DNA from: Tricharina praecox | Lineage: Eukaryota | Assembly (NCBI RefSeq): GCF_024521635.1 | Contig: NW_026250435.1 | Span: 1 to 64,000 of the forward strand | Length of the DNA stretch: 64,000 nucleotides | Direction of reading: 5' to 3' | Shown here: positions 1 through 12,055 of the stretch, piece after piece | Numbering within the stretch: position 1 is the stretch's first letter | Layout of the letters: each line of letters opens with the position of its first letter | Program-made: the position numbers and the translations under genes | The notes under the pieces: generated by a model | Seen by the model: only the letters and a program-made list of their open reading frames with translations | Told to the model about the DNA's origin: nothing | The model's database searches: none

Positions 1-2920
1 TATCCCATCCACCGTATCCAGATCCACCGTCCTTAGCCATTGTGGATCATGGTTCTCCAAAGTCAAAAAAACCATTCCATCCCCCGGTTCCGCAACCCTC
101 GGGGAGATTGTGAGTCGTGACCAAGTATAATATTCGGCGCCACACGTCGGGAATCGTCCTGACGACGTCCGGCCACGACCACATCATTCATTCGAGAAGA
201 TCGGCGCTCGCTCCGATCGATCACCTATTCGAAGGAGGCGAAGGGCGACGAACGATGAATAGCCTCGCATGTGACATTGTGACGGGGTGTACGAGGGATG
301 GTGGGGTACACGAGACGAGATGGACGGTGGATGGTGGATGGAACATTGGAACATGACGTGATGTGCTGCGGGCGAGACGCGTGCGCCGAGCTCCATTATC
401 ATACCTACCATGATATTCATCTCCAGAGTCCAGATAACAGCAACAACTGCCCATTCCTCAGGTCATCCCGCCTGCTGTAAGCTTCAGCCTTACTTGCCTT
501 ACCCCTCATTTTAACCGCTACGGGAGTTGGGCCCTAGGTGGTCCTCATTTGCGTAGATATACCACTACGGCAGTAGGGCCAGATGCTGGCACGAAGTTCA
601 AAGTTCAAAGTTCAAAGTTCGAACACGAGCACGAGCACAAACATCCTCGTCTAAAGTAGCCTGGTAGGTGCCCAGCTGGGTAACTTGATAACTACCGGTT
701 CGTGACGACCACAGGAAGCACTGGAAGCACAGGAAGCAAGCAAGCTTCACGCAGCACAGTCGCCCCGGCAAATCCTGCCAAAACATCAAGTTGTACTAGG
801 TATACTATACTATACCTTCACCGTTTGTTACTACCGGTATGGCAGTGTGCAGCTGGCTTTCAGCCCTGCTGTCAGTGACCACCACCACCACCACCTAGGG
901 AAGACGCCCCCCGCCCGTCGCCAACACGGCAGAAACCTCCCAAGTCCCGGAAATCGAAAGACGAAAGTCGAAAGTCGAAAGTCGATGGAAGAAGGATACG
1001 CACGTATGCACGAGCCAAGCGGCAGCCCGCAGAGAATAAGCATTGAGCAACTACCGTGCCAAAACGTGAGCATCCAAGTTTGAAGTGCCCGCTCGGCGCT
1101 CGCGAACTTGACCGGTGCGGATGCAGGAATCGAACCTCTGCTGGTTGCGTCAACTTGCGTGGCAGGCAGACACGCCGCCTATGTAGTTAACTACAGCTCT
1201 ACGAGCAGCCTGCGGGCGGATCGGAAAGTTGAAACATCCACCTCCGTATGAATGATCCTAGGATGATAGCAGATATACTGGTCGATCACCCAAGTTCCAA
1301 CGCAGGGTGCTGCGTGCGGGGAAGAAAGCTCGACATAGATACCATATCGAGCCGGCGGGTTTACGATGCAGTGCCGTGGACGAAGGGCTCCTCCATCTGA
1401 GAATGTGCAATGCGAGTCTCGTACCCGCCCGGTCTGATTACTCCATCACTGACGAATCTGCCTGCTCCAGCCTCCAGGTGTGTAGCCGTTGGCTCGGCAG
1501 TTGGTCGTTCAAGGTTGGCGACAGCGACGGCGAGGGATGGGTTGGATGTGCACTGCACTGCACTTTGCAACTCTAACGGACACTGATCAGTGCTGTTTCC
1601 CCGGACGACATTGTTGATATCTAGATGTGTGCTTGAGCCAGCAATAGGTCGCCGGTACTTCCCATGAACGGCAGCCACTTCCCCCTCTTCTAGACCGAGC
1701 AAGTTTGTGAGCGGCGATGGAGGTCCACGCCACGCTCAGCCCAGACGGCTGCAGCCTACAGGATAAGAACACGTGCATGCACCTTGCAGATACGGGTGTT
1801 CCGTGGATCCACGACGCGTCGGGTGGGAGCTCGGATAGAGTGATTCTGTGTGACGAGAAACGAAACGAGCCATGCGAAAACCATGCGAAATCCGCGCGGA
1901 CATGCGAAAGCAGATCAGAGCAAGAGCAGAGCATATCACAATCAATTCGGGACTCTGAAGATCGTGAATAGGACCTCCGAACGAACTCGTAGACCAGGTA
2001 CTATATAGTAACTCCCTAGCGCCGATACCCGGATCCCCCACACGGGCTGCGATTATCGATGATTACCACACGATCCACTACTACCTCGAATCTCGGTTCT
2101 TACGGTACATACGACCATTCACTACCTCCCCTCCCCCCTCCCCCCGCCTCTTTGTCCGGACTACACCAACCCTCAATCCCCACCGGACCCAACAACGCAC
2201 CTCCATCGGTACCTCGCTACCCAGCGTGAGCTCCTCGATCGCTGATCCCACAAGCGATCGCTACATATCCGCTCTTTTACCGCGTTGCGACGGTGTTCGC
2301 ATACGGAGACGCGTCACCAGCTCTTCCCTCTTGAGTCTTATCCGTGCGGATCGTAGGCAGCAAGTCTTTCGGCATACCCGAACAGCCGGGCGGCAGTCCC
2401 CCCCCCCCGGAGGTCCGAAATATCCCGTGTGCTTACGAGAGATGCGCTTATACGGTACTTAGTAGATTGGTGAGTGGAGACCGCGAGACTCGTCTCTAGT
2501 ATATGTGATGCTATTGCTATTGCTATTGCGATGGGCCGGTGGCCTAGTGCGCGGCCCGAGCCGTAGTGCCCATGGTCGTTTCGCTCTCCGTACCATAGTG
2601 AACGCGAACTGTCTGGTTAGTGCCAGGAAGTGGAGTCACATCCGTCGCGGTCCGAGTGCTGATGAGAAAGGTTATGTACATTCGTACATACGCTATCGCT
2701 CGTCGAGCGTGGGGCGCGCACGCTGATTGGATAGCAAGAAAACGGCTGGAAGTATGTCCAGAAATAAAACAACTTGGTTCACAGCCGCACGTGTGGGATC
2801 CAAGATCCAACGGAAGAAGGAATGTAAGTAGGTGGTACGATTGGAGGGACCAACGCAAGAATCCACCGATGGCCTATGATTGCTTGGTTCAGGACCTGCT
2901 GGTGGACCTGCTGGTGGACA

Positions 2921-3050
2921 TATGTGGACCTGTGTGGGCCTGTGTGGGCCTGTGTGGACCTGTGTGGACCTGTGTGGGCCTGTGTGGACCTGTGTGGACC
3001 TGTGTGGGCCTGTGTGGACCTGTGTGGACCTGTGTGGACCTGTGTGGACC
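2921..3050. repeat. 10-bp minisatellite (TGTGTGGRCC) x13
   Basis: Thirteen consecutive TGTGTGGACC/TGTGTGGGCC units (first unit TATGTGGACC), preceded by two GGACCTGCTGGT units. Confidence 0.97.
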
Positions 3051-3379
3051 ACATCATTCATCCAGGCGATTCGCGAAGACTGCTTCGATCAGGATATGTA
3101 TCGGATATCCCGTAATTTCGGGTACGCACGTTGACTTCCCTGCCGTCCAGAGGCCTATGCCGCCAGTCAGCCTCGGGGGTGATTGGACCACGGCGAACAT
3201 GAAGGAGCTACCGCAGTGAATATCATGCTGGATCTGCCGCGGATGGAGTCTTCCCCTACTGCTCCGCTCCACGGATACCATGCTGCTCTTGCTATGGATA
3301 GCTCGCGGGCGTCGCTGTGGATATGGCGCTCTCCTTGCGGTGGTCTTCGCGCTGTCTTGATCGTTCGTACAACGCAGAC

Positions 3380-3606
3380 AGCGTTGTGGCGGAGCTTGTC
3401 CATCACGAGTGCACCAAGCACGTACTTTATGGGGTTCGAATTCTTGTCTCTAGCACGGAAAAAACACCCGCGTAGTCTAGTGGTCTAAGACATGCACTCG
3501 GCGAGGGGATTTGAGGGAATGTCCCCGGTTCAAACCCGGGTGAAAGCCTGTCAATTCTTGGGGTTTCTAAGCCACCCACCGGGGGTGGTGATAGTTTTTG
3601 TTTTTG
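3380..3606 (+). other. Tandem pair of degenerate tRNA-like units (Pol III A/B boxes) followed by an oligo-T run
   Basis: Unit 1: A-box-like TGGCGGAGCTTG (3387) and B-box GGTTCGAATTC (3433). Unit 2: A-box TAGTCTAGTGG (3473) and B-box GGTTCAAACCC (3527) inside a CCCGG/CCGGG T-stem, with a 3' half resembling tRNA-Val. T-run at 3595-3606. Acceptor and anticodon arms are not canonical. Confidence 0.6.
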
Positions 3607-5053
3607 TTCTCGGCGTGGAGCACTAGTGAGATATCACTCGGTAGCATCACGTGACACGCCTTTTTGCTACCCATGAGAGAGAACACCAATTTACTGTCGC
3701 ATTCGGCCCGTTAGGACTATAGCTACCCCTTACTCGACTCAGCACAGCCCTGCTTTATCCAAACGCGATTGCCCGTATCTCTGAGCGAATGATATCCTGT
3801 GTACATATTAGCATGACCTAACGTCGCTTTGGGGACGGAATCGCACCGAACGAGTTACTCGTATACGGTATGTAGAAAGTTCCCTTTTGAAGCGGGGCAT
3901 GGTGGGTGTGGCCGTTTTGCCCAGTGGCGCTAGAGCTGTGGGTGCTGTGGCGGCAGTGGCTGTGGTGGCTGTGGTGTCGAGCAGATTGGTTCCTAAGCGG
4001 CTAGCGTGGCGGTCTTCCCTTATGTTGTCAACGTCGGATGTTTTTGTGCTTCCTACATACTCATCACAGGATACGGTAGGCGATGCCACCTCCGATGCTC
4101 CTCCTCAGCTCTCGAATTTTGGCGTTCATTGGACGACGTGATAACGACCGGACGTTAGCCACTCCAGTATAGGAGGATCGTGTTCGCTCGCTCACAGTAA
4201 CAGGAATGATGTCGCCCCGGCATGGCCCGGACGCTACCGGCTCAAGCGCATCAATGGACGTTAGGTGTCTCCGATGGATGTTACCCGCGAGAAGGTTTGG
4301 AGCGCCTAGTCATACACGGAATCCTACAAGCTGTCGGGCTTTGTCAGCGACGATGGTGATCGACATCATTCCAAGTTCTTCTCTGATTAACTGCTGGCAA
4401 TAGTATCCGGACTCGTACCGTCGTGCCGTGCTGGTTGCTAGAAGCTGCCGGTACGCCGCGTCAGAGAGGTGTACATACAAGAGTTCTGGAGTCTTTGGTC
4501 GTCGCCATTCATAGCTCCAACTCTGGAGCCTTTAAACGCGTTGGAAGCTAAAGGCCGAGGATTGGCGAACGTCTGCCCGCGGTCCTCCATACGATATATC
4601 GGGGTCGTCAAGTTGGAGCGAGCGGAAACGAAATAAAGGAAATTCGAGGCAAGCCTTTGCTGAGTACGGTACGGTAGGACACTGCGCTTAACTTTACACA
4701 TTATGTGACTCACAGCACTGGTACACTCTCGGCGTACTGTTGTCTACCACCACCATGAGAGGAGCGATGTAGGATGGTGTGGGACACAGCGAAAACTGAC
4801 GTCTTGGCGGTCGGTTTCTATCCCTGCGCTGCGGACCTGGGAGGGACCTACTGTCAAGATGTCGTGAATATGGTTGGGACTCGACGTGGTACGTATACCC
4901 AGCATCTTCCACAACGATTGCACGCAGCATTCATCATGACCCGGGCTCAAACCACACAAAGGTCGCCTATAAGACTCCCAAAGGAGATGGAGGATCCACG
5001 CATCACCCAATACCACCACCACCACCACCGTCACACAACCCAGCAGTCTAACC

Positions 5054-5503
5054 ATGGATCTCTCCGTACAAGCGCACCACTTCCCGCACGCGATCTCGCA
5101 GCTCCTCACACAGCTCACGCGGTGGAGCAAGCATCTGCAGCGGCACATACGAGAGTTATCCCAGCTGCGGCAAGAGGCGCGTGCTATCGAAGAAGCTGTC
5201 CTGATCCGGCGTCTCGGTGACGCGCACGGTGAGCACAGAAAACTTTGCGGGCGCTTGCGCTTGCTCCGCAGGGAACTACAGGAGCTGACGGCTAAGCGGG
5301 CGTTCGATGTCGCTGCTGTCACGCTCGCGGCCCGTGGGTGCCATCTGAAAGAAGTGGTTGAGCCGGCGCTTTGGAACAAGATCAAGGGGATGCACTGTGC
5401 GTATACGGATGCTGCACGCGAGTTGGCTGAGCTCATGGCAGAGCTGGTTTGGTTTACGGATAAGTATCACTGGACGATGGAGGAGGGCTTGTGGCTCGCG
5501 TGA
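5054..5503 (+). CDS. Hypothetical alpha-helical protein, 149 aa
   Basis: Intronless ATG ORF in CCATGG context with amphipathic/coiled-coil-like composition (LRRELQELTAKR, AARELAELMAEL). TATAAG about 85 bp upstream. Confidence 0.6.
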   Translation: MDLSVQAHHFPHAISQLLTQLTRWSKHLQRHIRELSQLRQEARAIEEAVLIRRLGDAHGEHRKLCGRLRLLRRELQELTAKRAFDVAAVTLAARGCHLKEVVEPALWNKIKGMHCAYTDAARELAELMAELVWFTDKYHWTMEEGLWLA

Positions 5504-5564
5504 AGGTTCTGAGCGGAGTGATTGTTATTGTTATTGTTACAGGGTTGGGCGTATATACAAATAT

Positions 5565-7311
5565 TTAGAAACTGCATCCTGCCTCGTAGCTCTCGGGGTA
5601 AACGAACGTTGCTCCCGGTTGACTGAACAGTAGTTAGTGATGTTTGCAAACGTAAAGAGAGAGCGCCTAACTTATTATAAGTCAGTCTGACCAAGCTCTT
5701 GCAAGCACGACTATACGTAGGCTGAAATCAATTCGTCAGCACTCGCCCTCTCCCACGGGTGACAGCTCGTGAGTGACCTACCCAGTTCGGCGCGTATTTC
5801 CTCAAGCCCTGCTTCGGATCCTTCGCGAAAGCAGCCCACGCACCCTGAATGTATGCACTACTGTCGCGCTGTTCCTCCGATGCGCCGTCGGGATCATACG
5901 TCCCAAACACCTGTGGGATCTCGGCGCCATGCGACGCCACTCCCGGCATGGTGAAGTTCCCGAACCTCATCGGGAACGCACCAAAGTATCTGTACTGCCA
6001 AGTAGGCGCGATCCGCGCATGGTACCGCGCCGTTTGGGCCGCAGGGCACGTGAAGGTTTGTAGCGTCGAGAACGAGCCGGTGGCGGCTGCCTCGGCGGTG
6101 TTGTTTACCGCTAGGAGTTCCTGGTCGTTCGAGCCGACGAGGAGCGGAACCTTCGCTCGGCTGCCGGATTCCAGCAGCGAAAGGTAGTTGGAAAACACGG
6201 TGCCGTTGTCCTGGGCCGGCGTAAAGGTGAGATTGTTCGCCGACATGGTGTCGCGGAGGTACTTGGCTGGGACTTGGCGCATACATTCCAGCTCCTGCGC
6301 TGCGCTCTGGTTGCCACAGTCGACTAGCCGAGTGAGGTTTCCCCAGCTCTCGCCGAAGGGCAGCCCGAGAACGCCGATGTCGGTGAGCGAAACAGTTCCG
6401 GATTGCATGATTGCCCCCGCGATGATCGGGTCGTCCTTAGCGTAGTAGAGGTAGGTGTCTGTGGCGGATCCCCCGGCTGATTCCCCAAAGAGCGTGATTC
6501 TTTTGGGATCACCACCGAAGGCGGCGATATTGTCGCGTGTCCACTCCACTGCACTGCGGACGTCGAGGAGACCCGGGTTTTGCTGTTTAGCGGGTAGACC
6601 GCGAGAGCCGGGGTAGCCGAAGACGGCGAGACGACTGGATTAAGATCAGCGAGATTCAGGAGTAACTACAGTCGTTGGTGGCGGTGGTGGAGCGCACTAG
6701 TTGAAGGAAACCACAATGACGTCCTGCTGGTCTCGCACGAGATTGGTGCCATCATACACTGGCGTGAAGGATCCACCGAATGTGAACCCACCGCCATACG
6801 TCCAGAGCAGTACCGCCGCCGGGCCTTTTGACCGTTTCTTTGTCGGCGTCCAGACGTTGATGGAAAGCTACACATCCTCTTAGCAAGGCCAGACATACAG
6901 CAGTAGGGCTCGGGGCATGCGGCACAAACACAATCCTCATCTTCTAGGGGTGGCTTCGCCACAATCTCCAGTTCCGGGGGAATCATCGCGTTGTAGCATG
7001 TAGGACCGAACTTGCCCGCGTCGATCGGCTCTATCCACGGGTTCGGCTTCGCAGCGGGCGCAAAACGTAGCCTGCCGATCGGAGGCGCGCCATATGGAAT
7101 ACCTAGGAACTCGCGCACCGCTAAAGCGGATTAGCCCATACAGCCACGGATTGAGGAGACCTGGAGACATACATGCCGGGGCGGTAGCCGCGTAGTGTCC
7201 GAGCACTGGTCCGTTCGTGGTGGGTACGAGGAGCTCGGAGCTGTTGGCGCCCTGCGCCGTGGTTGTGCTCACGACGGCGAGAGAAAGGATCGAGAGAAGA
7301 GTGAAGCGCAT
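5565..7311 (-). CDS. Secreted type-B carboxylesterase/lipase (COesterase family), 5 introns
   Basis: Signal peptide MRFTLLSILSLAVV. Spliced motifs VREFLGIPYGAPP, EDEDCLSINVWTP, YGGGF oxyanion hole, YRLAVFGYP, catalytic GESAG and SHGAEIPQVFG. GT..AG introns with branch points restore the frame to ...YEAGCSF* at 5565. Confidence 0.93.
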
Positions 7312-8024
7312 CGTCGTCAAAGACAGTGGAGGAGTATCACCAACTAGGTCAGGGTGGACGCAGCGAGATCACTTTTATATCTGTCAGTCTCGCGGTCACG
7401 GCGGGGCAAACAGCGAGTTAGATTAATTCCGAACAAATTGACAGGACCATATGCGACCCTATGGAAGTTCCAGGCGTGCAATATCGGGCGTCGTCGAGGC
7501 TATACGGATGTCACCGCAGGATAGTTTTACGTGCCGTGTTGGTACCCGGTCACAGTGTGATCAGGCCGCGAGCGACCAGGAGTCGTTAGTGTATAAATAT
7601 TCGTCACCACAGCCGAGCGATCGGAGCATCGCGATACGGTAACCTAAAGCATTTCGAGTAACATAGAGCTACGTAGTTCGATGGAAGACCTACGTATGTC
7701 GGGAAAGTGTGTGTATGCCTTTGTTTCTCCTACGGTATGTAAACCACTTATGTTACCCGTTATTTTGCATCGCTTGTTTATCAAGTCAGATAATCAATAG
7801 GTACACCATTGAGACTCATGTCCTTCAAAACCCCTCTGTCTCTCTCTCGACCGAGTCTTCTCTTCGTATGTACGACCTCCGAACTTCCGCATCGCACAAA
7901 CAACAGCTGCCGTGTCCCGCCAAGCACCCGACGGGCCGACGGTGTCAGACCGTGTCACGGGCCCACGGCCGGGTGGCGCTATATATCATACACCGACTCA
8001 GCGATTGCACACCGTAATGGAGTC

Positions 8025-8117
8025 GGATGAACAAAAGCCCGATGTATGTAGCAATGGATGGACAAAAGTCCGACGTATGTAGCAATGGATGGACAAAAGC
8101 CCGACGTATGTAACAAC
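8025..8117. repeat. 31-bp tandem repeat x3
   Basis: GGATGRACAAAAGYCCGAYGTATGTARCAAY occurs three times in tandem. Confidence 0.92.
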
Positions 8118-8339
8118 GGAGGAACCTATCCGCCGCACCAGTTCCCACAAATCACCAACCGGGTGAGGTTATCACGTAGGACCAAGGCTTACTTATGCTG
8201 TGCGAGGCTGCAGACTACAGCCCAGCGCGGAATCCTGCTGATGATGCGCACGCTGAGTCACTGAGCGGTAGTCATATGTACATAACATGGATACATATGC
8301 ATAAAGTGCGACGTAGCCTTGAAAGGGGATGGCGAAACA

Positions 8340-8486
8340 AAGGATGATGGAGAAGTTAAGGTTGTATGGCTCTCCTCCGCTGCCTTCAACGTTCGGTGCT
8401 ACCCGATCCGGCTAGTCCGGCTATATACCACCACCATTCGGATCCGCCAATCCGACTAGCCCCACCTCCTCCTATCTTATCTGATC
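8340..8486. mobile_element. Degenerate solo-LTR-like copy, homologous to 27324-27496
   Basis: Shares AAGGATGATGGAGAAGTT, TATGGCTCTCCTCCGCTGCCT, CCCGATCCGGCTAGTCC and CCTATCTTATCTGATC with the 27.3 kb copy in the same orientation. Termini are eroded. Confidence 0.65.
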
Positions 8487-8662
8487 ATATATGAATCCTA
8501 CACTAGTACAGAGGAAGTGATGGAGGAGCTGCCAGCAAGAGGAGGAGCTGTCGGCGAGAGGAAGTGTATGAGCTCCTCTCGACCCTACCGCCGAGCCGGA
8601 GGGGTGTTGGTGAAGCAGCCGGCTGCAAATCAGTTGTGCTACTGCATCTACCAAACCCCGTG

Positions 8663-9776
8663 ATACTCCAAAAAATCGCATTGCACGAACCCTGGAGTAC
8701 TGGTGAGCACCGATTTCTGCAAGCACGGAAGCCTTCCATTACTGATATCGCAGCCATACGGTCGAAGATCACATAGTACTACCGAAGTTGACTAAACACG
8801 CAGTCTTACTAACCCCCCATGATACTCCAAAAGAACATACACCTCCGACAACCACTCCAACCTTCCAAAAACGCCAACACTATGCGTTGGCACACTAAAT
8901 GCCCTGCTCACTTTGGCTTCAGGATTCATATGGTGTGTGTGTCCACTCTTTCCGACCGCGGATTGAGTACCCCAACCGACGAATTCGACGACGATGAGCA
9001 TGAAGCGATAGAGATCATTCAAGCCTCGGTCCCTGGCCGGAGAACTGCACCACCACGGGTGCTACGTCCGAACCTCAGAAGAAGTCTCACCACCGCTTCC
9101 CCGCACAGCATCATCGATTTCATCACTCTAAGAGAGCCTGTCCAGCAGGTAATATGGCGACAGCGGGGAGGAGAGTGAACTCCAGGGGGAGAGCTCAGCG
9201 CTTTGCGCAGGACAACGTTGACCACGACGACTGGCTTTTTGCCAATCCCACCTTCGATCCAAATATCTTCGCTGCTATTCATCGGGCCCCGGCCTTGACA
9301 GCTACGCAAACCCCGAGACGACGACTCCTTTCGAGCACCATGCCGTGTGCGCTAGACTGGTTATGTTGCGGGTAGTACCGATTGGAGGTACCTTTTGGAG
9401 AAGAGGAGGGCTACGACGCGCTGCTACAGCGCAAAAACCGACAACCAGAGCCTCTTCGGAGGCTCACTTTTAAATATTGCGAGGACGGAGGGATTTGCTG
9501 TCACTTCTGTATAGATTTGGTGGTGGAATATCTTTGTCAAAAAACTTTGTATTGTAGATAACTCTATCGGCCATAACTTTAGGGTTCCATGCTGTATGAA
9601 TAATCAATCAATCAATCAATCAATACTCCAAAAGATCGCATTGTACGGACCCTAGAGTACTATTAAGCACCTATTTCTACAAGCACGGAAGTCTTTCAGT
9701 AGTGATACGTACTCATCCGGTCATAGTAATTCGAAACTCACTTAGTACTACTGAAGTTAACTAAACACGCAGTCTT
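8663..9776. repeat. Pair of ~150-bp diverged direct repeats (8663-8807 and 9623-9776) flanking a degenerate ORF
   Basis: Both copies run from ATACTCCAAAARATCGCATTG through CAAGCACGGAAG to ACTAAACACGCAGTCTT. Confidence 0.85.
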
Positions 9777-11984
9777 GTTCATAGGACGAACCTGCAACTA
9801 CACGCTTGATAATATTGCGCAGTGCATTGCAATACTGTAGAACTCTCGGTGCCTGTAGGTGACGTATTACTTATGAATGCGTGATGTGAGAAAGACAGTA
9901 CCGCTCTTGTCTTTATGGAAATACGTGTTCTTTGGACGTTTCTAAAAGTGGGCATACGTACTGAACAAAAACCTGGTAGTTCTTCGGTATTCACATGACC
10001 GCGATATTCGTCCCGTATCAATCGCAACCCACTTGTTGCTACTGTATGCTCATCTCATGGTGGTAGCAGACACTGTGTACGCACTCGCTCAGATTAAGGA
10101 GTCGAATCGCGAAGTTTACGCGGTTCTGATTGAGTGCGGGCCCGCGCCAATCCCCGGGGCCCGGAGGTCGGATGCCATCAATCGTTTGGCTGTATTTCTA
10201 CCCTCCACGTGCCGAGGTAATAGTGTTTGTTATCTGAGTAATGCCTACATATTTGTGCATGCTCTGAGGTTCAGATGCTGCTGATCGGCGGGCCATAACA
10301 CATCAGTAGGAAGTATGAGGTAGGTAGTGCAGGCAACAGCCCGAAAAGCCCATGGGCTGGGCTGGGGCTGGTGGGCTGATCTGAGAGCCCGGGCAATCGG
10401 TTGGGCTGGGCGGGCTAGATTTTAGAATTGGTAGGGTAACTCTACGACAATAGATAGGAAAAATGTTGGTCAACGAAGAGTAGTTGGAGCAATTTCCTCT
10501 CTAGAAAAATACCGCTATATTTCTCGACTAGATGAAACCGACCGAGTGATGATATATGATCAGTTAGTAGCGAGTGTTCTCTTGTGATTGCATGCTCCAA
10601 CGTAGCTTACAATCGCTATTGTTACGCAACTAGAAGCGTGGTTCATGTCTTCCAGCTGGTGGTGTGGTTAATATCCGTTCTGAGAGCTGTAGACAGAGCT
10701 TTTGTTGTACGGATGATCTTGTCGCAGAAGTTGACGCATATCCGTATACTCTTTCCCCACATTTTGCTAGAAAATGATGAATAGACGATAGAGCAAGCTA
10801 TATCGCTCAAAACACTTGTGCAAAGCCTATGATATCAGAGTATAGACTCACGATACAACATCTTCTACGGCTGTAGTTCCCAACTCCTAGATATTTCGTA
10901 GACAGAAAAGACCTCCGAGAAGGAGAAATCACAGCCGAGTGAGTCTTCATGAATCACCCTTTACGCACACTTCTGGTTCGCAGCGAATTTTCTGCATCCC
11001 AGTCCGCTGCACGGGAAGTGGGATGCGATGGGATGCAATGAGATTACCGTGGCGAAAAACGCTGGAGTCTGCAGCTGTACGGTAGCACTGGACCCGCCCA
11101 GTAGTGCACTCTAGCAGTTGAACTTTTCCTACTACCTAGTGAACCGGGAGGTTGTATGTACATTGTATGTAGGTCGCCTATGTATCGGCTTCGCACCGAC
11201 TGCAGGATTACATAGTAACATACCGTGCACATACTATGCTGTGTACCTACCGTGTACCTACTACCTAAGCACCTATAGTGCGTACCTTCACACCACTCGG
11301 CACTGTCGTGGTTGTGATTGTGGTTATCATGTGGTTTCAACGTATATTTGCCATTCTGCGCCGGTCGCTCGCGCGCGCGTGCGTGCGCTAGACGGATCGT
11401 GGTTTTATTTGCTTGGCTCCATCACGGCTCACGAGACGATGGGCGGAAACATATCTAGTTCAGCCTTGTACCCCACGATCCCCGCGATCGTCGATACTCA
11501 ATGGTTAGCTAGTGCCGATCAAAGCTAACGAACTAGAGCAGATAACCGACGACCACACATGAAGCGAGGATGGCTATGTACATTGTACTAGGAGCTGCCG
11601 ATAAGTGGTGCCTCATCACCATTACGAATTATAAGCACTAGTCTACAAAAGGATTGCACTAAGCCAAATATAATCAAATGAGTGAGTGGTTGTGACTAAG
11701 TTGTATGGGGGGAAAACGCTAAGCTGTATGGGGGGAAAAACAGGTGAGGCAGCACTTACCCTTACACCCGTGTACATAGGTACCGAATTGCACGGTGGGG
11801 TAGGTGCGGTGGGCCTGGAAGAATGCCATTGACAACAATTCACGGTTCGCACGATGCTATGGTTCATCTATGAGGTAGGTACTCGATCCAAGTATAGAAG
11901 CGGACAACGCGTTCTCTGGTGCACAAAATCACTATGTAGATACAATGCTACTGGCGACGGACAGCTCTGGAGAGCAGGTGCGGT

Positions 11985-12055
11985 TTCCTCTCCTTCCTCT
12001 CCTTCCTCTCCTTCCTCTCCTTCCTCTCCTTCCTCTCCTTCCTCTCCTTCTTCCC
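11985..12055. repeat. 9-bp microsatellite (CCTTCCTCT)n, about 7 units
   Basis: Seen directly; it generates spurious SPS/EEG ORFs. Confidence 0.95.

Larger units (their letters stand above)
2563..3777 (+). mobile_element. Dispersed repeat, copy A (non-coding, carries tRNA-like dimer); inverted homologue at 59571-60641
   Basis: Long colinear match to the reverse complement of 59571-60641 (e.g. GGATATGGCGCTCTCCTTGCGGTGG, GTAGTCTAGTGGTCTAAGACATGCA, CATGAGAGAGAACACCAATTTACTGTCGCAT). Homology ends sharply at ...GATTGCCCGTA. No transposase or RT ORF. Confidence 0.8.

Noticed and set aside
2620..3219. 199-aa ORF with CGPVWTCVGL repeats, and the HTGPHRSTQ antisense ORFs
   Set aside because: Translation of a 10-bp minisatellite that is open in several frames and not preserved in the second repeat copy.
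3183..3488. Similar ~90-100 aa ORFs in both repeat copies (also 59883-60155)
   Set aside because: Similarity is explained by nucleotide identity. ORFs occur on both strands, many differences change amino acids, and they overlap the tRNA-like units.
3466..3548. Functional tRNA gene
   Set aside because: The acceptor stem does not pair and there is no canonical anticodon arm, so it is kept only as tRNA-derived.
8025..8117. CRISPR-like array
   Set aside because: Contiguous tandem units without unique spacers, in a eukaryotic context.
10325..10420. hAT-like terminus (TAGTGCAGG followed by GGGCT/AGCCC motifs)
   Set aside because: No matching opposite terminus or transposase remnant found.
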